DNA from: Tubiluchus corallicola
Lineage: Eukaryota > Animalia > Priapulida
DNA: 57,531 bases
Direction of reading: 5' to 3'
Assembly: GCA_030141605.1 (NCBI GenBank)
Contig: JAQGDQ010002401.1
Coordinates: 30,958 to 88,488, forward strand
Shown here: positions 33,082 through 42,711 of the stretch, piece after piece
Position numbering within the stretch: position 1 is the first letter of the stretch
Layout: every line of letters starts with the position of its first letter
Notes under the pieces: model-generated
Told to the model about the DNA's origin: nothing
What the model saw: only the letters and a program-made list of their open reading frames with translations
The model's database searches: none
Translations under genes and position numbers: made by a program

Positions 33082-33153
33082 AGGCGCATAGCTCAGTGGG
33101 AGAGCACTGCGTTGACGTCGCAGTGGTCGGCGGTTCAATCCCGCCTGCGCCTA
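33082..33153 (+). tRNA. tRNA-Val (GAC), CCA not encoded
   Basis: Acceptor stem AGGCGCA/TGCGCCT, D arm GCTC...GAGC, anticodon arm CTGCG-TTGACGT-CGCAG, T arm GGCGG-TTCAATC-CCGCC. Confidence 0.97.
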
Positions 33154-33177
33154 TTTTTGTTACGCATTCTCCAAATA

Positions 33178-33207
33178 AGAGAAGCCGCCCAGTTGGGCGG
33201 CTTCTCT
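33178..33207. terminator. Intrinsic terminator, probably bidirectional
   Basis: Perfect 13-bp stem AGAGAAGCCGCCC-AGTT-GGGCGGCTTCTCT between the tRNA and a convergent operon. Confidence 0.85.
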
Positions 33208-33281
33208 GCTTTTACGGTCTAAATATCCCCTCATAGTTTGAGGCGTTTCACAATACATCACTTTACAATAACTTAAAGGGT

Positions 33282-33572
33282 CTACTCCTCTTCACCACTG
33301 TCCATGGACAACATGTGCACCTTCTGCAAGTAGAATGAAAGCAACCCTCCGAACATTCCCACAGCAGCTATCTTGATACAGTAAGGGATTATCACCCCTC
33401 TTGTGAAGACAGCAATGCTACTCGCAGTCTCCGCACTCACTATACCTATCAACATCGCAATCAAAAATAGAGCTGCCGACAAAGCCCCTCCCGCCAAAGC
33501 CACAAGGGTGCATACTGAAAATATCATTTCGCTCAGATTTACCAAGCGTTCTTTTAAGTTTTTTATCTTCAT
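33282..33572 (-). CDS. Small 2-TM membrane protein (96 aa), probable partner of the upstream permease
   Basis: ATG at 33572, 5 bp after the permease stop; two hydrophobic helices. Confidence 0.75.
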   Translation of the reverse strand: MKIKNLKERLVNLSEMIFSVCTLVALAGGALSAALFLIAMLIGIVSAETASSIAVFTRGVIIPYCIKIAAVGMFGGLLSFYLQKVHMLSMDSGEEE

Positions 33573-33577
33573 AATAC

Positions 33578-34957
33578 TCACGCTCCGGACAAAAATACCG
33601 GCAACACACCGAACAAAAGAAGGTATATCACCAAGATATGAAACGCCACCCATATATACGCCAGTTTTGATGTTTCCAACATGCCAGAATTTGATATACC
33701 CATGGCGGCAAACATGCATAAGGCAAGCGGAGGCGTCATACCTTCCAAAGCTCCCGTCAACACCGGCAGCATGGCAGCAGCGACCATAGGATCCATACCG
33801 TGAGATGCAAAAACACTAACTATAACAACCCCAAATATGGCTATCTGAGCAGAACCGGGAAGCAACATCCCCAAAAATGCCGTAAATATGGGTATCAACA
33901 GAATAAATCCGATATAACCCATGGACATGCTGTCAATGTATTCCCCCAAAGCGTAGCCCATCTTTGCATCCGCCAAGAGGTACGATATAGAGTAAGCAAA
34001 ATATACCGTGGCAGCAACCGGAACGACAGTTTTTATAGCAAGCCTAAACAACTTGTACAGATTCAAAACGCCCACGCCGCCCTCAATCTTGTTCCTGCTA
34101 ATAAATATAGCGTAAGCTGTGGCAATGCCAGGCACAATCAGTATTACGCTTCTAGAAAACGCCCTAGCGCCATCAGCCCCCAAGATATCCACCATATAGG
34201 TCTTGCCAAATTTAAAATCTATCAAAAGTGGCAAGAATATAATAAAGGGAGTTAAAAGGGCAGGCCACTCATTCTTTATCACATCTCTAAATCTGGGCAA
34301 CTCAGCTTTAGGAATAGCCCCCACACCGTAGTATTTGCAGAATATAAACAGCAAAGCTATCCTTTGGATGACAAAGTATAGACCTATGATCCATAACAAC
34401 ATCCAAAAGTATGAAAGGCTGTAAGTATCTTCTCCATACAGCTCACCAAGGACTCCGAAAGCCAGCAGTATCGTGCCGGAAGGCGGTATTGCAGGGCCCA
34501 AGCTACTTGCTGCCATCTCCGTCGTTGCAGCCAACTTTCTTGGGAAGCCGGTTCTAATCATGGTGGGAATAGTAAACACCCCTGTCGCAGCAACATTTCC
34601 GGGGCCCGTACCCGAAAGCGACGCCATAAAAGTGCTGCCCAAAAGACTTACATAACCAGCCCCTCCCGGCAACCTGCCCACTATGGACAATATTAACCTA
34701 ATGATGGCATTCACAACCCCAGTAAGGGAAAATATGTAAGCTAAAGAGAGGAAACCTATTATCGCATAAAATAGGGTATTTCCAGAAGGCTTGACCAGGT
34801 AATACCAAATTTTGTCAAACTCCCCCAAACAGGCAATCAATATCAGATAACCAACAAACATAGCTTCATAAATAGGACGACGATAAAAGACAAATACAGA
34901 TACTATAACTAGTAACAGTACAATAAGGTACAGCGCTTCCACTGGAAGACCAAACAT
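33578..34957 (-). CDS. DctM-like (TRAP large subunit / IT superfamily) permease
   Basis: SGTGPGNVAATGVFTIPTM, GPAIPPS and MTPPLA hairpin motifs; ATG at 34957 after GGGGAGG. Confidence 0.85.
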   Translation of the reverse strand: MFGLPVEALYLIVLLLVIVSVFVFYRRPIYEAMFVGYLILIACLGEFDKIWYYLVKPSGNTLFYAIIGFLSLAYIFSLTGVVNAIIRLILSIVGRLPGGAGYVSLLGSTFMASLSGTGPGNVAATGVFTIPTMIRTGFPRKLAATTEMAASSLGPAIPPSGTILLAFGVLGELYGEDTYSLSYFWMLLWIIGLYFVIQRIALLFIFCKYYGVGAIPKAELPRFRDVIKNEWPALLTPFIIFLPLLIDFKFGKTYMVDILGADGARAFSRSVILIVPGIATAYAIFISRNKIEGGVGVLNLYKLFRLAIKTVVPVAATVYFAYSISYLLADAKMGYALGEYIDSMSMGYIGFILLIPIFTAFLGMLLPGSAQIAIFGVVIVSVFASHGMDPMVAAAMLPVLTGALEGMTPPLALCMFAAMGISNSGMLETSKLAYIWVAFHILVIYLLLFGVLPVFLSGA

Positions 34958-35130
34958 ACAAAACCTCCCCAACTTTTATATAATAAAGATCAGGAATAAA
35001 AGCATAAGTAGATTTTTTTAAAAGTAAAACGCCTACACCCCTGATGCATACACCTATTGTATATATACGTATTGCAAACGCAACACATATGTTCGGATAT
35101 GCACCTGCAACCGTTTGAAATCAAAGGATT

Positions 35131-36522
35131 TTAATCGTTTCTCTTTTTGTAGACAATACTAGACACCACTGTACTAACGAGCGCCACAATTATGGCCACA
35201 TAAGTTTCCGTCAGGTATGGGCTAATGGGATATACTCCATAGTAACCTTTGTAGGCAACCCAGACAAAGCCGCTCACAGCAGTCGATAAGATACCCAACA
35301 CTGCACCCTTTTCAGAGACTTTCTTCCAGTATATTCCGAGGAGAAGTATAATAAACAGTGCTCCTCTTAAGGAATATGCAAAGTATATGAGATCGAGTAT
35401 TCTTGTGCCGCCGTACAGGGCTATTGCTAAAACCATGCAGCAGACGCCTGCAATGCTCGTGGTAATTCTTGACATACGCAGAACCTCTTTTTCGGTTGCG
35501 TGCGGTTTTAGTTTTCTTTGATAGATATCTTTTGTAATCATCGTGCCTGAGGCAAGTATTATGGGGGATACTGTCGATAGTATTGCCGCCATAATGGCAG
35601 CCAAAACTATTCCACCGACAATAGGATTTAAGCTCATCATCAACATGGGTAGTGCCAGTTTTGCATTTTCGAGCTCTGGAAAGATAATCCTTGCGGAGAT
35701 GCCTAAAAAGGCCGTCATAAAACCAAAAGGAGCTATGATAAATGCCGTAATGAATGCAGCTTTTCGGGCGACATGCACATCTTTTGCCGCAAGCAGGGGC
35801 TGTATCCCCGCTTGCGCAGTGCAGGCTCCTAGTATAGAGGCGATTATCCAGGAAGACACCTTGGGCATTCCTATGCTGGTCATGCTCAAATATCTCTCCA
35901 CTTCAAGGGAGGAGGATATCCCTTCAAACCAGCCGATTTGGCTCCCAGTCACCACAACAGCTAGCAGCACACCGAAATACATGAAGAACAGATGCAGTAT
36001 GTTTGTGTAACCCACAGCCATCATTCCGCCAAAGTAGGTATAGACGATGAAGCCTATTCCAAAGATTATAACAGATCGGTTATAATCCAAATCCAAAACG
36101 GTAACCCCTAGAGTTCCCGCCGCAATAAGCTGGGCAGTGCCTACCGCAATCATTACAAATGTCAAAAGCACACTGGAAAGTATGCGTGGGTGCAAACCGA
36201 TAAATTTTTCGATAATACCGGGGACGGTCACGGTGTCTAGACTACGATAAAGCTTAGCAAAGAATATTGCCAAAACGATGACACCAAAGCCGTTTGCGAT
36301 AGTGAACCAAGCTCCGGAAAAACCGTAGGAAAAACCATACTCTGCAATGCCCGTGGTGGAGTTACCGCCGAGCCACTCTCCTGTGCCTGCGGCCACGCAC
36401 ATTAACACCCCAAGTCCCGCCCCATGAAATGACTTTGACGTACCGGATCCCCTTGAGGCATAAAGCCCTACTGCAATGGTCAACAAAAAATAGCACACTA
36501 TTATCCCAAATTGGATAGACAT
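35131..36522 (-). CDS. Sodium:solute symporter (SSS family)
   Basis: About 13 TM; GFSGAW, YTYFGGMMAVGYTN and AAIMAAILST motifs. Confidence 0.92.
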   Translation of the reverse strand: MSIQFGIIVCYFLLTIAVGLYASRGSGTSKSFHGAGLGVLMCVAAGTGEWLGGNSTTGIAEYGFSYGFSGAWFTIANGFGVIVLAIFFAKLYRSLDTVTVPGIIEKFIGLHPRILSSVLLTFVMIAVGTAQLIAAGTLGVTVLDLDYNRSVIIFGIGFIVYTYFGGMMAVGYTNILHLFFMYFGVLLAVVVTGSQIGWFEGISSSLEVERYLSMTSIGMPKVSSWIIASILGACTAQAGIQPLLAAKDVHVARKAAFITAFIIAPFGFMTAFLGISARIIFPELENAKLALPMLMMSLNPIVGGIVLAAIMAAILSTVSPIILASGTMITKDIYQRKLKPHATEKEVLRMSRITTSIAGVCCMVLAIALYGGTRILDLIYFAYSLRGALFIILLLGIYWKKVSEKGAVLGILSTAVSGFVWVAYKGYYGVYPISPYLTETYVAIIVALVSTVVSSIVYKKRND

Positions 36523-36598
36523 CAACTTCCCCCAAACTTGTGCAGTAACCCAGCTAAGCCGTCTTTCATATTTTAAGCATCACTCCAAACTGTCTGAA

Positions 36599-36937
36599 CT
36601 ATCTGCTATCCCCAGGAATCTCTATATCCAACAGAGGAGCATATTGCTGACAACCAAATATATCACCTTCACCTGGACTTCCACTGGGGATATTCCGATA
36701 TATGGTAAATTTTATGGCAAACCCCGGATCAAACTCTACAAAGTCGCATATCCTACTCTCCGGAATGTTATAGAGTTTTGCCATACTTTGCTTAGTTATG
36801 GCGCCGCTATTCTTTACCAACTCGTAGTTTTCCTTCTCTCTAAATATTATGTCAAAAGTTATCTTGTCCGTACCGGCATTTTTACTGCGAATGGTCTTTG
36901 CTATGTCAACTAATTTTAAATTTCCCATTTTGTTCAC
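36599..36937 (-). CDS. DUF4387 family protein
   Basis: LVDIAKTIRSKNAG...TFDIIF, AIKFTI and GSPGEGDIFGCQQYAPLL; abuts the AtuA-like gene. Confidence 0.88.
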   Translation of the reverse strand: MNKMGNLKLVDIAKTIRSKNAGTDKITFDIIFREKENYELVKNSGAITKQSMAKLYNIPESRICDFVEFDPGFAIKFTIYRNIPSGSPGEGDIFGCQQYAPLLDIEIPGDSR

Positions 36938-38313
36938 CTATTTAATATCTACAAAGTGTAGTTTAAAAAGCTCCATAGCATCATCAACCTCCACCGTGTG
37001 ATCCATGGTCCACATGTAAGCAGGATGCGTCTGCAATACCTGATCCACCACGAAGGCAGCAGTGCCTGCCGTGCCCTTAACTTCAGGCAGACGAGCATAA
37101 AAGATCGAACGCAAGCCAAGCATGGTCAGCACTTCAGCCCTACGCTTTGTAGCAGCAACCCCTTGGACAACTATGCCCAATTCATGTGAAGTGATCTCTT
37201 TTACGGGCTCGAAGATCCCCCATCCACAGCATCTTTGCCGTATATTTTATAGTGAAGTTGATACTCCTCATCACCAAACTCCTCTGCAACCTGCCCTCTT
37301 GCCCACTCAATCACTTTGTCTATATTGGCAATTGTATAAGGATCTCTCACTCCTGCAATACCTATGTAGCTTTCGCCAACTAAGCCGGAACCTTCGAGCT
37401 TGACCTTAACTTTGCCGTCAATGGGAACATATTTGGGATTGGTAATGCGACAAGTTTTCTCATCATACTGCTCATAGACACACTCAGACATATCCAGCAT
37501 ACCGCCTGCAAAAAATTCATAAAAGGGATTGGAACGCTCATACATGGCATGTCCAGCAACGGACGCTACAGTACAGCGCTGATCCGGATGCATGGCTACA
37601 ACCTTTACATCTTCATGAGTAATGGTGCCTATCACACTCTCTTTTGCTCCGTAAGGTTCTGCACAAAAGGAAGCGCACTCCAAAACTTTGCCCAAATAAT
37701 AAGACAGATTTTCAGGATAACCCTCATAGATGGCAGGAGCTGCAAACACAGCACAATCACTGCTACGCCCGCCTATGATGACATCAGCTCCACCCTTTAA
37801 AGCTTCGATGAACGGATGAACTCCCGCAACAGCAACAATACGATTAGTAGCTTCAAGCTCTGATGCGGTCAAAGCATCCCGACCATCGAGCCCTTCAATA
37901 ATTACACCACTTTTCATTTTATCCCGCAGATATTCCTTATCCACTTCAGAATAGAAGTAAGCGAGTTTAAAAGGCTTCATATTGTGCTTCTTCGCCAAGT
38001 CTCTGACTATCTGCACATACATATCAACCCTACTGTTTGTACCAGTGTCCCCAGAAGAACCTATGAGCATGGGCACACCCTGCTCACGAGCAGCCACCAG
38101 CATTAGTTCAATATCATGAACCTGCCAATCGTAAAGGCTGGCACACACGTCCTCCCCCAAAGGAATAGGACCAATATCATCACTGCCAGAATCACAACAG
38201 TAGTAGTCAGGACGAGTAGCAGCTCCAAGATGAAAACTTCCAGGCTTGGTCGGAGCAAAACCCAAATGGCCATTGGGACAAATTATCCTCAAACCCTTGT
38301 CAGACTTAACCAT
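36938..38313 (-). CDS. AtuA-like (DUF1446) protein, frameshifted near 37210-37225
   Basis: NGHLGF, DSGSDDIGP, IIGGRSSD, GKVLECASFCAEP, SVAGHAMYE, KLEG and GVRDP motifs. Removing two extra bases restores GKDAVMGDLEP and joins ORF 36938-37180. ATG at 38313 follows GGAGG. Confidence 0.88.
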
Positions 38314-38353
38314 ACTACCTAAACCTCCAATAAAATTGTATCCGCTACTCGGG

Positions 38354-38369
38354 AGCAATAACAGTGCCA
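38354..38369 (-). promoter_or_regulatory. Sigma-54 (-24/-12) promoter of the AtuA-like operon
   Basis: Minus strand reads TGGCAC-TGTTA-TTGCT, matching the TGGCAC-N5-TTGC consensus, about 40 bp upstream of the ATG. Confidence 0.9.
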
Positions 38370-38432
38370 CGAGAAGTATAACCAGTCCTGTCAGTATGTT
38401 ACGACTTTTAGCAAGAAAAACAACCATAACCT

Positions 38433-38449
38433 TGTCTAGATTTTAGACA
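38433..38449. promoter_or_regulatory. Putative upstream activator site for the sigma-54 regulator
   Basis: Perfect inverted repeat TGTCTA-GATTT-TAGACA about 65-80 bp upstream of the -24 element. Confidence 0.6.
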
Positions 38450-38504
38450 GAATAACGCTACGATATTGTAAAACTTTCATGCATGTTTTGGTGTGTATTA
38501 TGCG

Positions 38505-39862
38505 CTAGAATGCTATCTGATGTTTTTTCAGTTTGTTGTATAACGTTTGCCTGTTTAACCAAGACTTTTGCCGCCATGGCTTTATTCCCACAGCATTCGG
38601 ACAAAACTCTCACTATGTGCTTTTTTTCAACATGATGGAGCTTACTGCTATCGTAGTGGTTTAAACTGGAGCAAGACCTGTCTATATCTTTTGTCACAGC
38701 AGGAAGCCTCTCCACCACGAGGTATTCATCAGCGGCCTCAGCTGTAACGACAGCCCGCTCAATAACATTCTTTAATTCTCGAATATTGCCGGGCCAACTG
38801 TACTGAGTCAATACGTCCATCGTCCTCTGAGATATTTTGTGAATACTTCTGCCATAGTCTAGGCTAAACAGTTTCATGAAGTGTTCCGCTAGAAATTTTA
38901 TATCATCCGGACGTTCGCGCAAAGGCGGGATATTTATCTCAAACACATTGAGACGATAATATAAATCCTTCCTAAACGTCCCCTCATGGATAGACATCTC
39001 AACATTTTTATTAGTCGCCGCAATCACTCTGACGTCTAAAGGGATAAGCTCATTTGAACCTAAGGGTTGGAATATGCATGTCTTGCAAGACCTGCAAAAG
39101 TTGAACTGTACACCGGGCTTCATGTCTCTATCTCGTCGAGAAATATCGCCACCATTTGGTGTTCAAACTTCCGCATCTATCCGCATTAGCCCCGGTAAAC
39201 GCTCCTCTCTTATGGCCGAAAAGATCGCTCGGAGCAAGCTCGTCAGACAGTGCTCCACAATTGATGGGAAGAAATGGCTTCGAACTTCTGTCACTGCTCC
39301 GATGTATAAATCTTGCGAGTACCTCTTTGCCGACACCACTCTCCCCTGTGATCAGTACGCAAGCCTTCGTCTCTGCAGCCTTTTCTCCGAGATATACTAC
39401 CTTCTCCATCGCAGGGCTTTTGCTCAAAATTCCACAATCGTACTTATTAATCTCAAGCTTCAGCCTTCTATTTTCGCGCAAAAGAGAAGCCTTCTCTACA
39501 GCTTTTTCCACAACTGCCCGAAACTCATCTATAGAAAATGTCTTCTCCAAATAGTCAAATACCCCGAGCTTTAGCGACTCGACAGCATATTTGATGTCTG
39601 CGTAGGCTGTGATAATTATACATTCCGTTATGGGAGATATCTTTTTGATCATCTTAAAGAGCTCAATACCGTTCGTATTCGGCATGCGATAATCAGTAAC
39701 CATTAGGTCCGTTTCGTTGTGCTTAAAGTGCTCAAGGGTTTCTGACGCATTGCTCGCAACAAAAACTTCATAGTCGCAAGGCTCCAAAGACATGCGCAAT
39801 GTATCCAATATGTTTTGCTCATCATCGACTATTAATACTGCAGGTTTTCTGCTGTGTTCCAT
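38505..39862 (-). CDS. Sigma-54-dependent response regulator (NtrC/AtoC family), multiply frameshifted
   Basis: REC domain (IVDDE, VTDYRMP); GESGVGKE, FGHKRGAFTGA, IAATN and WPGNIRELKN. The HTH continues NRQTLYNKLKKH in a shifted frame to TAG at 38505. Indels cluster at about 39070-39170 and near 38555. Confidence 0.92.
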
Positions 39863-41445
39863 CAGTTTGCCTCTTCTCCATCCTCAAATGTAAAAAATTT
39901 TATAATCATCTTTGCATACTTTCCAAGCTCGCTCTCAAAGTCGCTCGTGCCCCCGGCACCATCGACAATGTTGTAAACCATTGACAAACCCAAACCCGTA
40001 CCATCATTTTTCGTCGTATAAAAGGGTTCGAACACCTTACACAGTTCGCTTTGCTCAATCCCGTTACCATTGTCAAGGAATTCCACCATTACGTGATCAG
40101 TTTGCCTTGTAACGGAAACATCTATGAAGCGGTCTCTCCCATCCATCGTTCCCGCCAAGGAATCGACAGAATTCAAAAATAGATTGAGGAACAGGTGCTT
40201 TAGACTATCACTACTCAATGGCACGCGCCCCACATCATCCCCCACATGGATACTGACACCGATATTGTGCTCACTAAACAAAGACTCAAGCACCAAAACG
40301 GTATATTCAAGGGATGGCGCAAGACTGGCATAACTTTGCAAAGTTTCACTACCATCGTCCCTGATTAGGTACTGCATCTGGGTGAGAAAACGATCGAGCC
40401 TTTCACTCTCGGATACAACAATATTTGCCAGATGTGCAAGATTTTTATCACTATTTCCGATTTTTTGCAACAGAAGCTGCCCCGAATTTTTTATGGGAAG
40501 GAGTGGATTTCTGGTTTCATGCATGATGCCAGCAGCTAATTTTCCAAGAGCCGCCAGCCTATCCGACCTCGCTATCCGTTCCTGCAGTATCTCAAATATC
40601 GTAATGTCTCTAAAAAAACAGATGCAGGCATCCATGCCCTTAGGAACATTCTCTAAAACGGTCACAGAGTAAAGAATATCAAGCAAATCGCCATCAACAT
40701 TTTCAAGCCTGCACGAGGTATTTTTTCTGCGAGACCACGCTGCCATATCCTTATACATGGGACAAGATGCAATAACGGGGTAGTACTTTCCAAAATCGAG
40801 CAAATTCAAACCTATCATATCTTTTGCAACACACCCAATCATAAATTCGGCAGCATCATTAAACACAATGATATTGTTGTTACTATCCAATGCAATGACG
40901 CCACTGTCCATGTGTTGCAGTATTATGGAAGAAAACTTATTGGAAACACCGATGGCAAGGTTCTTTTCAAGAATCATGCTAAACTGCAAAGACAATAACG
41001 ATATCTGGCTGGCAATCGAAGATGAAAATTTGTTACCCTCTACGCAAGATACAGTCAACACACCAATCACACTGCCATGACTGACGAGGGGGATCCCGAG
41101 AAAAGAACCCACCACAGGATCCTCTTCTACATACTGTCTCACCTTGATCGGTGTGTCGTCAACATCATTTATGAGGAGGGTTTTCTTCTCCTTTGCAACC
41201 CAACCAGCACACCCCTCCCCCACTCCGAATTGGGCTCTGGCTCGAAGTTTTTTCAGATCAGCGCCGCGACAATCCACAACATCAAGTTTCAATGTGGCAA
41301 AGTTTAGCTTATAAAGAACAGACATGTTGTAAGGTATAATCTCTGCAATAAACTTAAACAGCACGTCGCTGCTACCCCAAAAATCTTCCTTACCACTGAT
41401 GTCGTCCATCACCCGTATCATGTTATCAAGCGTTATCGTCGTCAA
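39862..41445 (-). CDS. Cytoplasmic GAF-PAS sensor histidine kinase
   Basis: GAF (GEGCAGWVA, SFLGIPL), PAS (MDSGVIALD...FNDAAE), H box AAGIMHETRNPL, DNGNGI and PFYTTKNDGTGLGL; no obvious TM; TTG start after GAAGGGG. Confidence 0.93.
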   Translation of the reverse strand: MTTITLDNMIRVMDDISGKEDFWGSSDVLFKFIAEIIPYNMSVLYKLNFATLKLDVVDCRGADLKKLRARAQFGVGEGCAGWVAKEKKTLLINDVDDTPIKVRQYVEEDPVVGSFLGIPLVSHGSVIGVLTVSCVEGNKFSSSIASQISLLSLQFSMILEKNLAIGVSNKFSSIILQHMDSGVIALDSNNNIIVFNDAAEFMIGCVAKDMIGLNLLDFGKYYPVIASCPMYKDMAAWSRRKNTSCRLENVDGDLLDILYSVTVLENVPKGMDACICFFRDITIFEILQERIARSDRLAALGKLAAGIMHETRNPLLPIKNSGQLLLQKIGNSDKNLAHLANIVVSESERLDRFLTQMQYLIRDDGSETLQSYASLAPSLEYTVLVLESLFSEHNIGVSIHVGDDVGRVPLSSDSLKHLFLNLFLNSVDSLAGTMDGRDRFIDVSVTRQTDHVMVEFLDNGNGIEQSELCKVFEPFYTTKNDGTGLGLSMVYNIVDGAGGTSDFESELGKYAKMIIKFFTFEDGEEAN

Positions 41446-41708
41446 ATCTTAAACCCCTTCATGCTCATGCAAAGTTTAATCTGTTTTTTTTTATGCACGC
41501 CCAAGTTCAGATAACACTTGCACCATGCAACCACAGTGAATAAAAGAATCCTGCCTCTTCAACAGGCAAACTCCAAACTGTCAAATAAAATTGCTTGAAA
41601 AAGAGCCCTATATCATTATAGTCTAATAACTGTCAACCGCACATAAGAATTATATCGCATAAAAAAGTAAATCTTTAGATTTGCCATACATTGCTTCAGG
41701 GAAGATCC

Positions 41709-42430
41709 ATGCAAAAACTCAACAATGCTGAGATGTCAGTTATAGCGCCAATATACAACGAAAAAGAGAACATCAGAAGACTCGTCCATAAGATAGACAC
41801 TGCCTTGAAGAAGAATTTCAGTTTTTACGAAATAATTTTGATCAATGACGGCAGTTCTGATGGTAGTTTTGAAGAGATTGAAGATATGGCAGGGAAAACC
41901 CTTCTGTAAAAGCGTACCACTTTACTAAAAACAACGGACAAACGGCTGCATCTAGTGCAGGCTTTAGGATTTGTACTGGTGATCTTGTGGTATCAATGGA
42001 CGGAGACTTGCAAACCGACCCTGAAGACATATATCTGCTCCTGCCTCATCTTGAACAGTTTGATATGGTAAACGGAATGAGAAGCAGTAGAGAAGACGGG
42101 CTAAAGAAGAAGATACAGTCCATAATAGGCAACAATGTGAGGAACTTTATCACAGGTGATGACATAAAGGATACCGGCTGCCCCTTGAAGCTATTCAAGA
42201 AGGAGGTTGTCAAACAGTTTCATTTGTATGACGGAATGCACAGATTTCTTCCTACTTTGGCAAAATACAATGGTTATCGGGTCATAGAGGTTCCGGTTAG
42301 GCACTTTGATAGGGAGTTCGGAACGTCTAAGTACAATATGTTTAACCGTATGTTTAAAGGGTTGAGGGATGCTTTCGTGGTAAGATGGATGAAGCAACGT
42401 ATGCTAAGGTACGAGTTTAAGGATAAGTGA
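41709..42430 (+). CDS. Polyprenyl-phosphate glycosyltransferase (GT2, ArnC/DPM1-like), frameshifted near 41893
   Basis: PIYNEKENI and INDGSSDGS, then NNGQTAA, MDGDLQTDP, DTGCPLK and GMHRFLP. One extra G in the GGG run restores the frame. Confidence 0.9.
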
Positions 42431-42711
42431 TGGATACTATAAATATTTTTTTAATGATAGGTTTTGTGGGACAAACCTGCTTTTTTATGCGCTTTTTCGT
42501 TCAATGGATAGAGAGTGAAAAACAGGGGAAGAGTGTAATCCCCCTGTCATTTTGGATATTTAGCATATTCGGCAGCGTAATGCTGTTGACGTATGCCATA
42601 TACAGAAGAGATCCAGTATTTATACTGGGACAAACCCCGAATGTGTTAATATACTCGAGAAATCTTTACCTGATATACAGGGAAAAGCAGAGGAGTAAAG
42701 TTGCTTTATGA
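42427..42711 (+). CDS. Lipid A biosynthesis N-terminal domain (LAB_N) protein
   Basis: GFVGQTCFFMRFFVQWIESEKQGKSVIPLSFW...RRDPVFILGQ signature. Confidence 0.92.
   Translation: MMDTINIFLMIGFVGQTCFFMRFFVQWIESEKQGKSVIPLSFWIFSIFGSVMLLTYAIYRRDPVFILGQTPNVLIYSRNLYLIYREKQRSKVAL

Noticed and set aside
32982-33236. 84-aa ORF on the + strand
   Set aside because: It overlaps the tRNA-Val, its promoter and its terminator; spurious.
38314-38427. N-terminal hydrophobic extension of the AtuA-like ORF as a signal peptide
   Set aside because: The region contains the sigma-54 promoter and RBS; the real start is most likely ATG 38313.
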